Below, in pieces: positions 1-10,474 of a stretch of 32,000 bases of DNA. Position numbers and translations under genes: made by a program. How positions within the stretch are numbered: position 1 is the stretch's first letter; each line of letters begins with the position of its first letter. This DNA is from Wallemia ichthyophaga EXF-994. Its lineage: Eukaryota > Fungi > Basidiomycota. A model generated the notes under the pieces. The model did not search any database. It saw only the letters and a list, made by a program, of their open reading frames with translations, and was not told where the DNA came from. The DNA lies in assembly GCF_000400465.1 (NCBI RefSeq), contig NW_008806280.1, positions 507,634 to 539,633 of the forward strand, written 5' to 3'.

Positions 1-669
1 ACGGCATACGACGATGAACATTTCGATGTTATCTTCTCTAGTCCGAAGCTCGAATCTCTCACAGTCATTCATTCAGACGCCGCGACGTGGACGACGAATA
101 AAAGCATGGCTCAGCTCAAATCACTCACTGTTAGCAATAGCCACTGCGACTTTTTTTATAATGTTCGCATGCCGAATTTGGAGAGACTGACACTCGCTGA
201 TTGTTTCAGTATCCAGTCTAATGATTTAGCTGTCATGCCTGACTCAATTAAACACCTGGCGGTCATACGCACTGAAACTCCTTATTATTATCACTACCTA
301 CCTAATATCATTTCGCTTAATTTGGAGGGTTCCCCTTTGGAATTGGTTCACTGGGTGGATCGACTGCTGAATGTACAAAACCATAACTTAACATCGCTCA
401 ACTCTCTCAAAGCACTCAACATCTCTTTCACATGTGTGGATTTTGAAACGGTGCTTGAGATAGCCAAGAGGCTCGATCTGGACCAATTGGTATGTGATAT
501 GCCCCCTGGTGAGGGACTAGAGGGATACATAAGAGACTTTGTTCCTCATGTTTGGACGAGCATAGAGCAGTATTATGAGGATGTTGAGAGAAATGATGAT
601 CTGGAGCAGTACTTCTTCCCTGCGCCAGTGGAACCTGGTATACCACCGGATTCAGATGAGGAAACTTAA
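1..669 (+). CDS. Leucine-rich-repeat (RNI-like) protein, 5'-truncated by window edge; probably F-box/LRR family
   Basis: Frame 1 is open from base 1 (TAYDDEHFDVIFSSPKLESLTVIH...) to TAA at 667-669. It has repeated LxxLxL motifs (LKSLTV, LERLTL, IKHLAV, LKALNI) and an acidic C-terminus. An F-box is seen only in the neighbouring decayed paralog. Confidence 0.7.
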   Translation, partial: TAYDDEHFDVIFSSPKLESLTVIHSDAATWTTNKSMAQLKSLTVSNSHCDFFYNVRMPNLERLTLADCFSIQSNDLAVMPDSIKHLAVIRTETPYYYHYLPNIISLNLEGSPLELVHWVDRLLNVQNHNLTSLNSLKALNISFTCVDFETVLEIAKRLDLDQLVCDMPPGEGLEGYIRDFVPHVWTSIEQYYEDVERNDDLEQYFFPAPVEPGIPPDSDEET

Positions 670-805
670 GTGAATTCAGCTGTAACAATATGAATGTATT
701 TATCGCTTATTTTGTTGTTTGTTACGTGCAATTTATTGATACCAAACATCCACCAGGTAATCTTAACGAATCAAATAGCAATCTCAGCTCTAAATATACC
801 AACCA

Positions 806-1073
806 ATGACAATTACAAATTACCCATAAAGATCTGGGAAGAGATCGTCGAACTTTAGTATGATGCTGACGACTGGGGGTATCGGAAGCAATTTTCAAGG
901 AGTCAATAGAAAAAATAAAAAAATAAAAACCGGTTCTATGAAGAGTTTGGTATTATCTGCTCTAGTCCAGAGCTACAAAGCTTAAAGTGTAATGATTAGA
1001 AATGGGTAAATCTCTCGGGGCCAATTTGAAATCGCGAATACTTAGTATAAAATTTAGCAATCACCACTGCTTG
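806..1073 (+). pseudogene. Decayed paralog of the upstream F-box/LRR gene
   Basis: Fragments in different frames with stops: YKLPIKIWEEIVEL* (F-box-like, from 814); RFYEEFGIICSSPELQSL (from 931, versus DEHFDVIFSSPKLESL in the gene at 1-669); ANLKS...SNHHC (about 1019-1070, versus AQLKSLTVSNSHC). Confidence 0.65.
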
Positions 1074-1197
1074 ACCATGACCTGATACTTCCTCGCATAA
1101 TGTACCTGAACTTATTTCTTCCTAATGATTGACGTCATCTTTTCATAAATTGATACAGTACAAAATTGGTGAATGGATAATTAACGAAATCGTAGCA

Positions 1198-3040
1198 TCA
1201 TCTCTGTGTCATGCCAGTCCTCATACCGATGAAGCGCTGGACAAAGGAATAAGCATGTTGAGTGAGACTGTTTGCTTCGGCTGTGTGTGGGGGGATGGTG
1301 TGAGGTGAGTAAGAATGAAAGAAAAGAGAGAGGAAGGTACGTACGCTGTTCATCTTGCTGCCCTTTCTGCTCCTCCTCGTTCTCGTTCCCCTGCTCCTGC
1401 TCATATTCCTCCCCATCGCCATCATCGCCATCATCGCCCTCAAGATCGATGACGAGAGCGGCAGAATGCCAGCCAGCAGCGGCGACGGAGAAAGCGAAGA
1501 AACGTTTGCGAGTGCCGCCGTCACCTTCACCATCGCTTTTGAAGGAGACGGGGAGAGGATCACTAACATCGCCATCGCGGAGGTGGTCCAAACCGTTTAC
1601 ACCAAGTTTACCACCTTTCTGCGACCCCCAAGCACGTACGTGTCCGTCACGCGTGAGCGCGAGAGCGTGGTAATCACCTCTGGCGACATCTACAACATTG
1701 TCCAATCCAACGAGCGTAGGCTGACTGTCATCTCTAGTAGCGTCGCCTGCAAATACGGCAAAATTGCGGTGGATGGAGGGTGCATAAAGGGTGAACTGAC
1801 GGAATGAGCATGTTATGTGGCTGAGATGAGGTGCTTCATCGCCGTCGGGAAGCAGTTTCCGCAGGTTCTCAGGAGCAAAATGAGTGAGCTGTAGTGTGTC
1901 AGCATTATACAACCCCGCAACACCCAATCAATGGTCAACCTACCTCATTCCACCGCCGACTACCATCGAGAAACATCTCGTGCATGTCACGCACCCGCTC
2001 GCTGCCGCGCAAACCACGTCGTGTGGACAGATCCATCCTGTAAACTCTACCAGAAGCAGTGAGGGCGAGCATAGCGTCTTCTGCGTTGGCAATCTGGGCG
2101 ACAGACTGGCCGGGTATGTGAGGTAGTGTGACGGCGTCTGGTGTGTAGTCGAAGACTGAGGCAAGGATAGTCCTCCTACCCCCAGCCCCATCAGCCCGAC
2201 CATGTGCATGCTGTCGCGGACCGGCGTCGTGCGCCACCCTGTACTCCTCGCGCAACAGACAATCATGAGGCCAAAAAACGAGAATGGCGCCGCTGGTGAG
2301 CAGTAGTGCGGAATGCGTCCATCCAGCGCTTATCTGAGCAATTGCGTCATTTTCGAGACATGCGTGCGTGATGCGCTGCGTGAGCGCGGGGGATATCGAC
2401 TGGTAGACGCGGCCTTTGTCGTCGGTGAGGAGGATATGAGCACGACCTGCGCTGTGAATTTAATAGGTTAGTAGATATCACAACACACACCGTCCACCCA
2501 CCTCATATCGACGGTGCGGAAAGGGAGTTCGAGAGTAGATGGAGTGGCTACGCGCGCGCCAGGATTCCTGTAGTCTACATGACCGAAAGGGACGATATCA
2601 CCGTTGAACTGACCCCAGAAGACGACTTGTCCGTTGCGACCGAGAGCGTGGAATGACCAGCCACCAGCAACGACCTGGACAAGATCTATACCGGTGCGTA
2701 TGGGAATGGGAGTGGGAACACAGTTACCGCGTGCTATGCGTGGATCGTGGAAATCAATACCGAGGCGCCCATTGGTGGCTACACCCCAGACGTAGAGCTG
2801 AGGAGAAAGGGCGCGCTTGTAGATGCGCTGCCAGTCGAGGTTATGAGATTGGGATGATTGAGTTAATACACGTAAAGCAATATACTTTGTTTGTGCGCTG
2901 AGCTTGCGTTTCCAAATCAGGGCATCGAGGATCAAGGCGTGGAGAGAGCGTGAAGAGCTGCCAATAGCAAGAATATCGCGGGGAGAGAGGAGAGGGAATA
3001 AAGAATCGAGAATAATTTCAGTTGGAACTTTATCGAGCAT
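1198..3040 (-). CDS. SAF1: F-box protein with RCC1 repeats (SCF-associated factor 1 / Pof9-like), 4 exons
   Basis: N-terminal F-box (VPTEIILDSLFPLLSPRDILAI) and RCC1 motifs (LYVWGVATNGRLG, VVAGGWSFHAL, ISAGWTHSALL, VARGDYHALALTRDGHVRAWG, AAAGWHSAAL). GT-AG introns at 2452-2501, 1889-1943 and 1281-1344 join the ORFs in frame. Confidence 0.85.
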
Positions 3041-3062
3041 TGATGGCGGTTGATCAAATACA

Positions 3063-5048
3063 ATGGACAGTCCCAGTAAATCACTTAAACGAAATCACAA
3101 CCAAGATGATTTGTCGCGGTCGTTGAAGCAGCGCACTTACGAGACTAGCATTAGTAAATCACAGTATGAGCGTAAATTACTGGCATTTGAAACGACAAAG
3201 AGAGAATTCGAGATAACGATGCGGGAGAAGAATCTGCAGCATGGAAAATTGGTTAAGGATATCTCTTATTATAAGGACAAGGCGGAGACAGCGCACAAGG
3301 AGAAGGACGCGGCTCTTGCACTGGCTAATCAGAACAAGACGGAGAATGATAAAACACAGAGCCAGCACAGATACACGCTTGGTCAATTAAAAGAGGAGAA
3401 TATTCAATTGAAAATGGATTTGGACAGCCTTCAATCACAGTACACACGCCAAATCCATTCCAAGGATTCTGTGATTAGTTCAATCGAGCATAGGTGTGCT
3501 TCTCTAGAAGAAGATCTTCATTCTGCCATCGAAACTTCCAATCTGAGACAATCCTTACTCGAAAATACCCGCAGGTCGTTGGATACCCTCGAACAAGACA
3601 AGTCATCGAGTAACATTGACTCCTCACACGCTTACACCTCTTTCATGCGCGATGAGCTCTCTAAGCAGTCCTCCATCAACAAACATTTGGAATCCCAGAA
3701 CAAATCGTTGAACAGAGACTTGAACGGGCTTAAAGAGAAGTCTGCTAAATTTGACGTTCTTAGAGAGGAGAAATTGGCGCTCTCCTCTAAACTAAAGATG
3801 CTCGATAGAGTAAGCACGCAGTTGTCCAGTGTGGAGTTGGAGCGTGATTCCTTACTTAAAGAAAAGGAAGGCTGGCAAGATGTCTTACAACCAGGTGAAT
3901 CACCTGCCACTGTAACCACCCTCATTGCACAGCTAAGACTGGAGAATGCCACTCTCAGAGAGAGTGTAGGATCAACCAACGCTGATAAGAGTGGTCACTC
4001 TACAGAACTAGCTCAGTTGCTGGACCAAATCGACAGTCTGAGAAAGGCAGAAGCGCAGCTGCAAATTAACGTTGAGAAACTCACCACCTCCACCACAAGC
4101 CAGTACAGACTACTAGAGTTGTCACAACAGGAAGTGTCCTCGCTGAAGAAACAACTCGACACAATACTATCAGAAGAAGAGACACTTAATGCTCACAAAC
4201 TTGACACTCTTCATCACGACAGAATGGTTGGTTTGGAGGGGCTATTGCAGCAGCACAAAAGCGAGAATGAGAAGCTGGCAAGAGAGATGTTCAATCTGTC
4301 CAAGAGCACAACGACTGACACGAGTAATGAGAAAGCCTTCCAACTCAAGATAGACCACGCTGAGCAGACAATCGTCTCCCTCAAAGCTGAAGCGCAGGAG
4401 GAAATAAACAAATTGGCTGAGCAAGTGGCACACCTCGAGCATAAAGTGGGCAGAGGAGAGTTCAATTGCAAGAATATTCGCGTGCTAGAAATGCGCGATA
4501 ATCCAATCTCCCAAGACTACGCTATACGCAGCGAGACGCTGAGTGCGTTGAGAGAGGAGAACAGAATGCTTTTGGAGGAGAAGGAGGGGAGGGAGGAGAA
4601 TGCGATGCAATCAGTGCAATCGACACATCCGTCACTCCCCCTCCAAACAACCCTCAATCACACCAAGGAAATAAAGACACTGGAGCAGCAGCTCTCCGAC
4701 AAAGACAAGCGTATGCTGCGCCTCAAGGGCATTTTCTCAGACAAAGCTGCTGAATTTCGCGAAGCTATATACTCGTTGCTGGGTTACAGAGTACAATTTC
4801 TCCCCAACGGACGCGTACGACTCAACTCGGCGTATGCAGCCTCAGAAAGCGGGGGAATACTCTTCCAATCGAATGAAGACGACCAGGGGACTATGAAAGT
4901 GGAAGATGGGGGGCTTGATGGTGTAGAGGATTTGCTAAGGTTCTGGGTTAATGAGAGAGAGTCAATACCGTGTTTCATGGCAAACCTCTGCCTGGAACTG
5001 TGGGATGCAAATGAGAGGAACGAAAGAGGACGCTTGGCTGTGCGGTAG
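3063..5048 (+). CDS. MAD1: Spindle assembly checkpoint protein Mad1
   Basis: 661-aa intronless coiled-coil ORF with a Mad2-interaction motif (RVLEMRDNP) and the conserved C-terminal domain (RLKGIFSDKAAEFREAIYSLLGYRVQFLPNGRVRLNSAY). Confidence 0.95.
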   Translation: MDSPSKSLKRNHNQDDLSRSLKQRTYETSISKSQYERKLLAFETTKREFEITMREKNLQHGKLVKDISYYKDKAETAHKEKDAALALANQNKTENDKTQSQHRYTLGQLKEENIQLKMDLDSLQSQYTRQIHSKDSVISSIEHRCASLEEDLHSAIETSNLRQSLLENTRRSLDTLEQDKSSSNIDSSHAYTSFMRDELSKQSSINKHLESQNKSLNRDLNGLKEKSAKFDVLREEKLALSSKLKMLDRVSTQLSSVELERDSLLKEKEGWQDVLQPGESPATVTTLIAQLRLENATLRESVGSTNADKSGHSTELAQLLDQIDSLRKAEAQLQINVEKLTTSTTSQYRLLELSQQEVSSLKKQLDTILSEEETLNAHKLDTLHHDRMVGLEGLLQQHKSENEKLAREMFNLSKSTTTDTSNEKAFQLKIDHAEQTIVSLKAEAQEEINKLAEQVAHLEHKVGRGEFNCKNIRVLEMRDNPISQDYAIRSETLSALREENRMLLEEKEGREENAMQSVQSTHPSLPLQTTLNHTKEIKTLEQQLSDKDKRMLRLKGIFSDKAAEFREAIYSLLGYRVQFLPNGRVRLNSAYAASESGGILFQSNEDDQGTMKVEDGGLDGVEDLLRFWVNERESIPCFMANLCLELWDANERNERGRLAVR

Positions 5049-5417
5049 GCGAGTGTGATTGTATTTGTAAATGCGATAAGCATGTTTTGTTTTTATATGT
5101 CTGATGTCTGAAAAGTACAATTTTCTGGGGAGCGTAGTTGTGCACCCCTAAAACACGGTGAACGAACGTCTAAAAGGAACAAAATGTTTTGCTATTCCAG
5201 TGGTGCATGACCCCTAACGTTGCAATCTAATGCCTAAACGCGTAGCACTCACCGAAAATGGAAGCAAGCCATGGGAGCTACACAGATTATAGTTACGAAT
5301 AATAAACATAGAATAAAGTCACAGAAATACGGAAACCCCAAATATTTTTATTCGTTTACCCCTTTATTGCCACCACCTCTCAACTCCTGTCATTCCTCAT
5401 CCGCCGCTTAATCCCAA

Positions 5418-8400
5418 ATGAGCATCATCGATAAGGGAAAGGGCGCAGATAGAGACAGCGTATACAATCACGCGCTCAGAGTGGCGTATCTCTCACATCT
5501 CACCTCCCCAAAGCCTTCCCAGCCTTCACAGACGGCAGCCTTCACGTCACCGCACAAGCAGACGTCTTCGAAGCACCTAGCATCCATATCCTCCATCTCC
5601 ATCTCCGACGTTCTCAAGGATTCTCTCACTCGGGACAGCAAAGGTGTCAAGTTCCCCGAGAAATTCGTCAAAGCGTTGGAGAAGAAGTGCGAGCAGGTGG
5701 CTATGGGCAGGGATCCAATGTGGGTTGCTAATTTTACAAGGCCTGCCTTTCTAATTACCCCGCAGCTACAATGACAGAGACTTCAGGGCTATCATCGGCG
5801 TCTTTTACGGCAAATTCAGCAGGAACAAGCAAACTTACAAATCTAATCGCAAAATTGAAGAAATAGTTATGCATTTTGTCTCGGAAGCTGTGGTTCATTT
5901 GAAGAAAATATCCCCTGATAACTGGCAGAATCTGATTATACTACAGTCTGTCAAATTTATTCAGCTTATCTCAAACACGCTTAAGTCCATCTCCGGCGTC
6001 TCCACGGAACTCCTCGATCGTATTAAAGGTTATGAGGCTAAACTTAATCCTGGACATGACATCAGCACGAGAGATGTTACTAGGGAGGGCACAAGGGACG
6101 CTATGAAAGACACCCCAAATAAACAACCAGGCAGCCCTATTCCATCCACTCCAAATCCCGGGATCAGTCATTTGGTTAGCGATATGCCTATGGTCCTCAC
6201 TGTCGGTGAACTCTACGGCAAATCACCCCTCACCCTCCAGGAAGATGTCAACGTCATCAGCCTGATTGTCTCTGAAAAAGCTGCTCTCAACGATATTAAG
6301 ACATGTCTCCAACATCTCGGCTCTGATGAGGCTATCACAGGCAAGGTATCCGACTTTGCCTCCGAGCAGGCATATGATCATTGGAAGTTGATCGAAATGG
6401 AAACTCTCACTCAGCTTATGAAAATGATGGTCCAGCTAAACCCAGCCCTTGCCAAGTCTGGCCCTTCTGATACTCTGCCATCACCAAGACCTACATTTCA
6501 GCAATCCAATTCAAATTCTCAAGAAGACTACTTAAACACCCTTTCGCGTAATACCCACGCTTCAATTTCACGCAAGCCTTCAATGACCTCACGATTCTCT
6601 TTAAGCTCAGTAGCTGATGCAGTCTCAAGAACTACATCGAATGAAGATGAGAAGAGCGGTGAGAATGCAAATTACCATCAAGCGATTCAAACTCATGATT
6701 ACACTATCATTCCACCATCCCCAAGAAGTTATTATGCAAGTCTGCTCAATCAGTCTATGGCTTTCGATTTGGATGCGATGCAAAACATGTCTGAGGATGA
6801 CCAAGTATCGTTGGGTATTATTTCATCTCGCCATCTAGAATTACTCGCTGAATGTGCAGTACGTTGGCGTATTAGCCCACCATCAAAGACGGCAGCATTT
6901 GTCAATGAGATGGTAATGAGATTCGAGACTGACCAAGTACCAATTGACTGCATACATGAGGCAATCAGAGGAGTACAGAAAACACTAGGTGAATGGCAAC
7001 TAGACCAGTGGCCAACAATCGATCGCAATTCTCTTATTAGTCTATACAAGCGAGTAGCATACACATCACTGATTAGAATTGGTGAGAGACTCGATGACGC
7101 TTTGTCTTCTAGTGCGGATGATCTTTACACTGATACAGAGATTCTTCCCATCCTACATGACACTGGACTTCTTATACAAGGTGGCATGGATATCCAGTTC
7201 GAACTTGATAGAATCAAAGGGAGAGTGTCAGAATTCGCTAAAAACACCTACAATGCTGAACGAAAGACTGTTGAAAATACAAACCGTCTAAGCGTAATGG
7301 ATTCCGCTTTCGCTTTAGTTGAATGGGTGCAGAAGACAGGAAAGAAATTAGACAAACTATACCCAATGCCCCTTCTTGAGTGGGTGGGGTGCCTAATTAT
7401 TGATTATCACACTAACAAGCCCCAGTTACATCGACATTGTACCCCTATTTATTGAAAAGGCTGTGCCTTTGTGTATTGCAGATATCAAGTGGAAGATACC
7501 CATGTTCTTGGAACAACTACGAAGCAGGCCAAATGGATTTCCTATAGACGACGCATTTGAGTTAATGTCGAGGGTGAGGAGGTTGATTACTTTTTCAAAT
7601 CAAGCGTGTCCTGGGTGAGGGTGGTGTTATTTTGAGGTACTCTACTTACATCTCTAGCAGAGCTCAACTGGACTTTTCTATAAGCACTGCCTTCGGTCCA
7701 TTTGTGGAGCACTACTTGGAGCAGTCTGGCCGCAAGACAGAGCAGTGGGTGCAAGCTGTGAGTGGGAGTGGGAGTCCATAGTAAAGTACAGTGCAACTGA
7801 CGCGTTACAGGCTATCAGAGCGGATAATTTCCAACAGGAGGACAATATCGGCCACTCGTCGTCAATAGTTGATCTCTTCGCATCGCTCAAAACGTGTGTG
7901 CTAAACATTAAAAACCTCGACTGGCCAGATCAAGTGGAGCACGCCAAGTACATGACCAGACAGGCAAAAACGCTCAGTCGGGCGATCGACCAATACAGCA
8001 GGACGTTACTGGATATGTTTATGAACGAGATGTTTCCAGCCCCGCTACCAGAGACGCCACTGCCTGGACAATCAGCGTGGGTGGCCCGAGCGCAGCATTT
8101 CGTACAGGGTGAAAAGAAAACGGTGCCGTTCAACTTTGACGCAAAATCTTGCGTCAAGTTGAACAACATAGAGTCTGCGAAATCGCTCCTCGACAGTCTG
8201 TATACTCTGTGCGATGCTGACGAGGTAGCCAACATGCTACAGGAGGGTGAAGGTGAGGGTGAGAGTAAAGCTGTGTACTCTAACACCCCATCCACATCCA
8301 CACATAACCCCCGCTACCTCTTCTCTATCAAGGTCGTCATGGCGGAGGATCTTCGCGCGAGAGACCTCTCACCAGGACGATTGGATCCTTTCGTTACTAT

Positions 8401-9818
8401 CGCCGACGAGCGTGGTGATCGCATTTACAAGAGCAGGACTATCTATAACGCCCGCAACCCGCGTTGGGAGGAGAGCGTCGACCTGTCGCTCACAAAGGCG
8501 CTCTGGATCGGCGCTACTCTCTGGGACAGGAGCACAATCGGCGAACACAAACTGATCGGTAGGGGCTATCTCAAACTCGACCCTCCTAAGTATGAAGATT
8601 GTCTGCCGCAGGACAAGTGGCTGAAGTTGGATTCTAATAATGGCGCTGTGCTCCTGCGCGTGAGCATGGAAGGCGAGAAGGATGACATACAGTTCCATTT
8701 TGGCAGAGCTAATATATCGCTCAAGAGGGCAGAGTCTGATATGTGTCGGACGATAGTTGATAAAATGTCACCGTTCATTCAGCAGTGTCTCAACAGAACA
8801 GTGCTGCGCTCTCTTCGCAAAGGGGGTGGATACTCGGAGCAGGTGACCAAGACTATTGACAATATCACGGCCAACTATAAAAATTGGAAAACTCAACGCA
8901 CGAACCAGTCGATGGATAGCGAGATACCACTGCCTAAAGATGAGCTACCACCGACACCACCAACAGCTGCAGTGATGCGCAATCGCAATCGCACTGATCA
9001 GCTGACAGATGAGGAGATCGAGGATGCTATTGGACCTCTTTTTGATTACTTTGATGCTAACTTTGCAGTACTGGCGTCGACGCTGACTGATACTGCCAAG
9101 ATAACAGTCATGTCGAGGGTGTGGAAGGAGGTGCTTATGACAATAGAGGGGTTACTCGTACCTCCGCTGTCGGAGCACTTTAGCGATATGAGGCCACTTC
9201 CAGATAAAGAAGTGGATATAGTGTTTAAGTGGCTGCAGTCGCTGAGACTTTTCTTTTACGCTGATGGTGAAGGACTGCCGCTTGAGACGCTGCAGAACCA
9301 AAAATACAACGAAATAGTATCAATACGGCTGTACTACGACTGGCCGACGTGAGTGGATGTGTTACATGTTCGTTACTCCAACTAACACTAACAATTGCAG
9401 TGATCCACTAATGGAGGAGTGTGTCAAGATGATGCAGATGGGTCTGCGCAAGGCGCCCACATTGCGCAAGAAGAGAAAGACAGTCAAATCGCACAGGAAC
9501 ATGGGTACGATCAAGGCGCGCAAGAAGAAAGATCACAAGCTGCAAGAATCAGATCATGGAGATATCATACTCAAAATCTTGCGTATGCGTCCATCTACTA
9601 AGGATTTCGTCGGTCAGCAGTTAGAGGTATCGAGTAATTACAAACCTGCGAAAAATAGATTAACGGATGGTATTACGCAGATAAAGAAGGGAATCGATAG
9701 CGCGGCTTTGCGCACAAAGAGATCGTCTGTAGTTTCTACCATGAGTAATAGCCCGAATACTGACGCTAGCTATGGTAATACTAGTACTACTGGGAATACT
9801 ACGAATTCGAGCATCTAG
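5418..9818 (+). CDS. Large MUN (Munc13-homology) / C2-domain protein, fungal Git1/YOR296W-like, multi-exon
   Basis: ORFs 5418-5774, 5869-7455, 7400-7618, 7745-9352 and 9357-9818 are joined by short GT-AG introns (e.g. about 5720-5765, about 7380-7430). It has a C2 domain (FSIKVVMAEDL...DPFVTI...RTIYNARNPRWEE...WDR) and an MHD2-like region (AIGPLFDYFDANFAVL...VWKEVLMTIEGLLVPPLS). Confidence 0.8.
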
Positions 9819-9933
9819 TATGGTGCTATATGGCGCCACGCCTTTCTTGTTTGTTTAGCGTATTGAATGCATGTTATTTGTAAAAGCAAAGGAACAATAA
9901 ATGAAGTACTACTAAGTAAGATACATGGGATAA

Positions 9934-10344
9934 TTACAGTTTGGTATCGCCTTGGCGTTTTCTGGATTGATTGGCTTCGTCGTAAGAAGGTAGGGAGTAG
10001 TCTTGGGGATGAGTGGGCGGCTGTGGTTGTGGTTGTGGTTGTGGTTGTGGTTGTGGTTGTGGCTGTGGCTGTGGTTGGTGTGATTGCTGCTGCTGCTGCT
10101 GTGCGCCTTGGACATAGACAATTTTAGGCGGCTCATCCTCATAAAAACCATTGCGGTAGTGGTGTATGATATACCAGGCGTGTATAACCGCAGGTATCCA
10201 TAACACGACAAATAGAACAAGGTTGATGAGGACGTGTGTGGCACCTTTGGTTGAGCAGCCAGTGACAAAAGCGACGCTGAGAGTTGGAATGAAAATTGCT
10301 AAAATCCCATTGAGGATCCTTTCGCAGCCATTGTGTCCTTGCAT
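9934..10344 (-). CDS. Pmp3/UPF0057 (Sna-like) proteolipid with Gln-Pro repeat tail and LPxY motif
   Basis: ILAIFIPTLSVAF...VLINLVLFVVLWIPAVIHAWYII matches the Pmp3 two-helix pattern. The ATG at 10344 (MQGHNGCERILNG) is the likely start. The tail reads Q5-SH-(QP)n...LPSY. Confidence 0.85.
   Translation of the reverse strand: MQGHNGCERILNGILAIFIPTLSVAFVTGCSTKGATHVLINLVLFVVLWIPAVIHAWYIIHHYRNGFYEDEPPKIVYVQGAQQQQQQSHQPQPQPQPQPQPQPQPQPQPPTHPQDYSLPSYDEANQSRKRQGDTKL
10023..10101. repeat. Coding microsatellite (GTGGTT/GTGGCT)x9 plus (GCT)x5, encoding QP and Q tracts on the minus strand
   Basis: Read directly: gtggtt x6, gtggct x2, gtggtt at 10023-10076; gct repeats at 10086-10101. Confidence 0.95.
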
Positions 10345-10474
10345 TTGGATGGCAGTGGGAGTGGAGAGAGCGACACGCACACACGCAGACACCAAACCAA
10401 ACCCAAACACCAAGATATAAATACAATTGTAAAATAAAATAAAGAATATTATAATGTAATATCCCCCTTGAACG

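Noticed and set aside
5100-5400. Intergenic region with an Sm-site-like AATTTTCTGG, a small GGGG/CCCC hairpin and CCCCTAAC words (possible snRNA or telomerase RNA)
   Set aside because: There are no diagnostic U1/U2/U4/U5 motifs, no box C/D pair and no adequate template repeat. It is not supportable without a covariance search.
9867-10127. Plus-strand ORF with poly-Val/Ala stretch resembling a membrane protein
   Set aside because: It is the antisense reading of the QP/Q microsatellite in the Pmp3-like gene.
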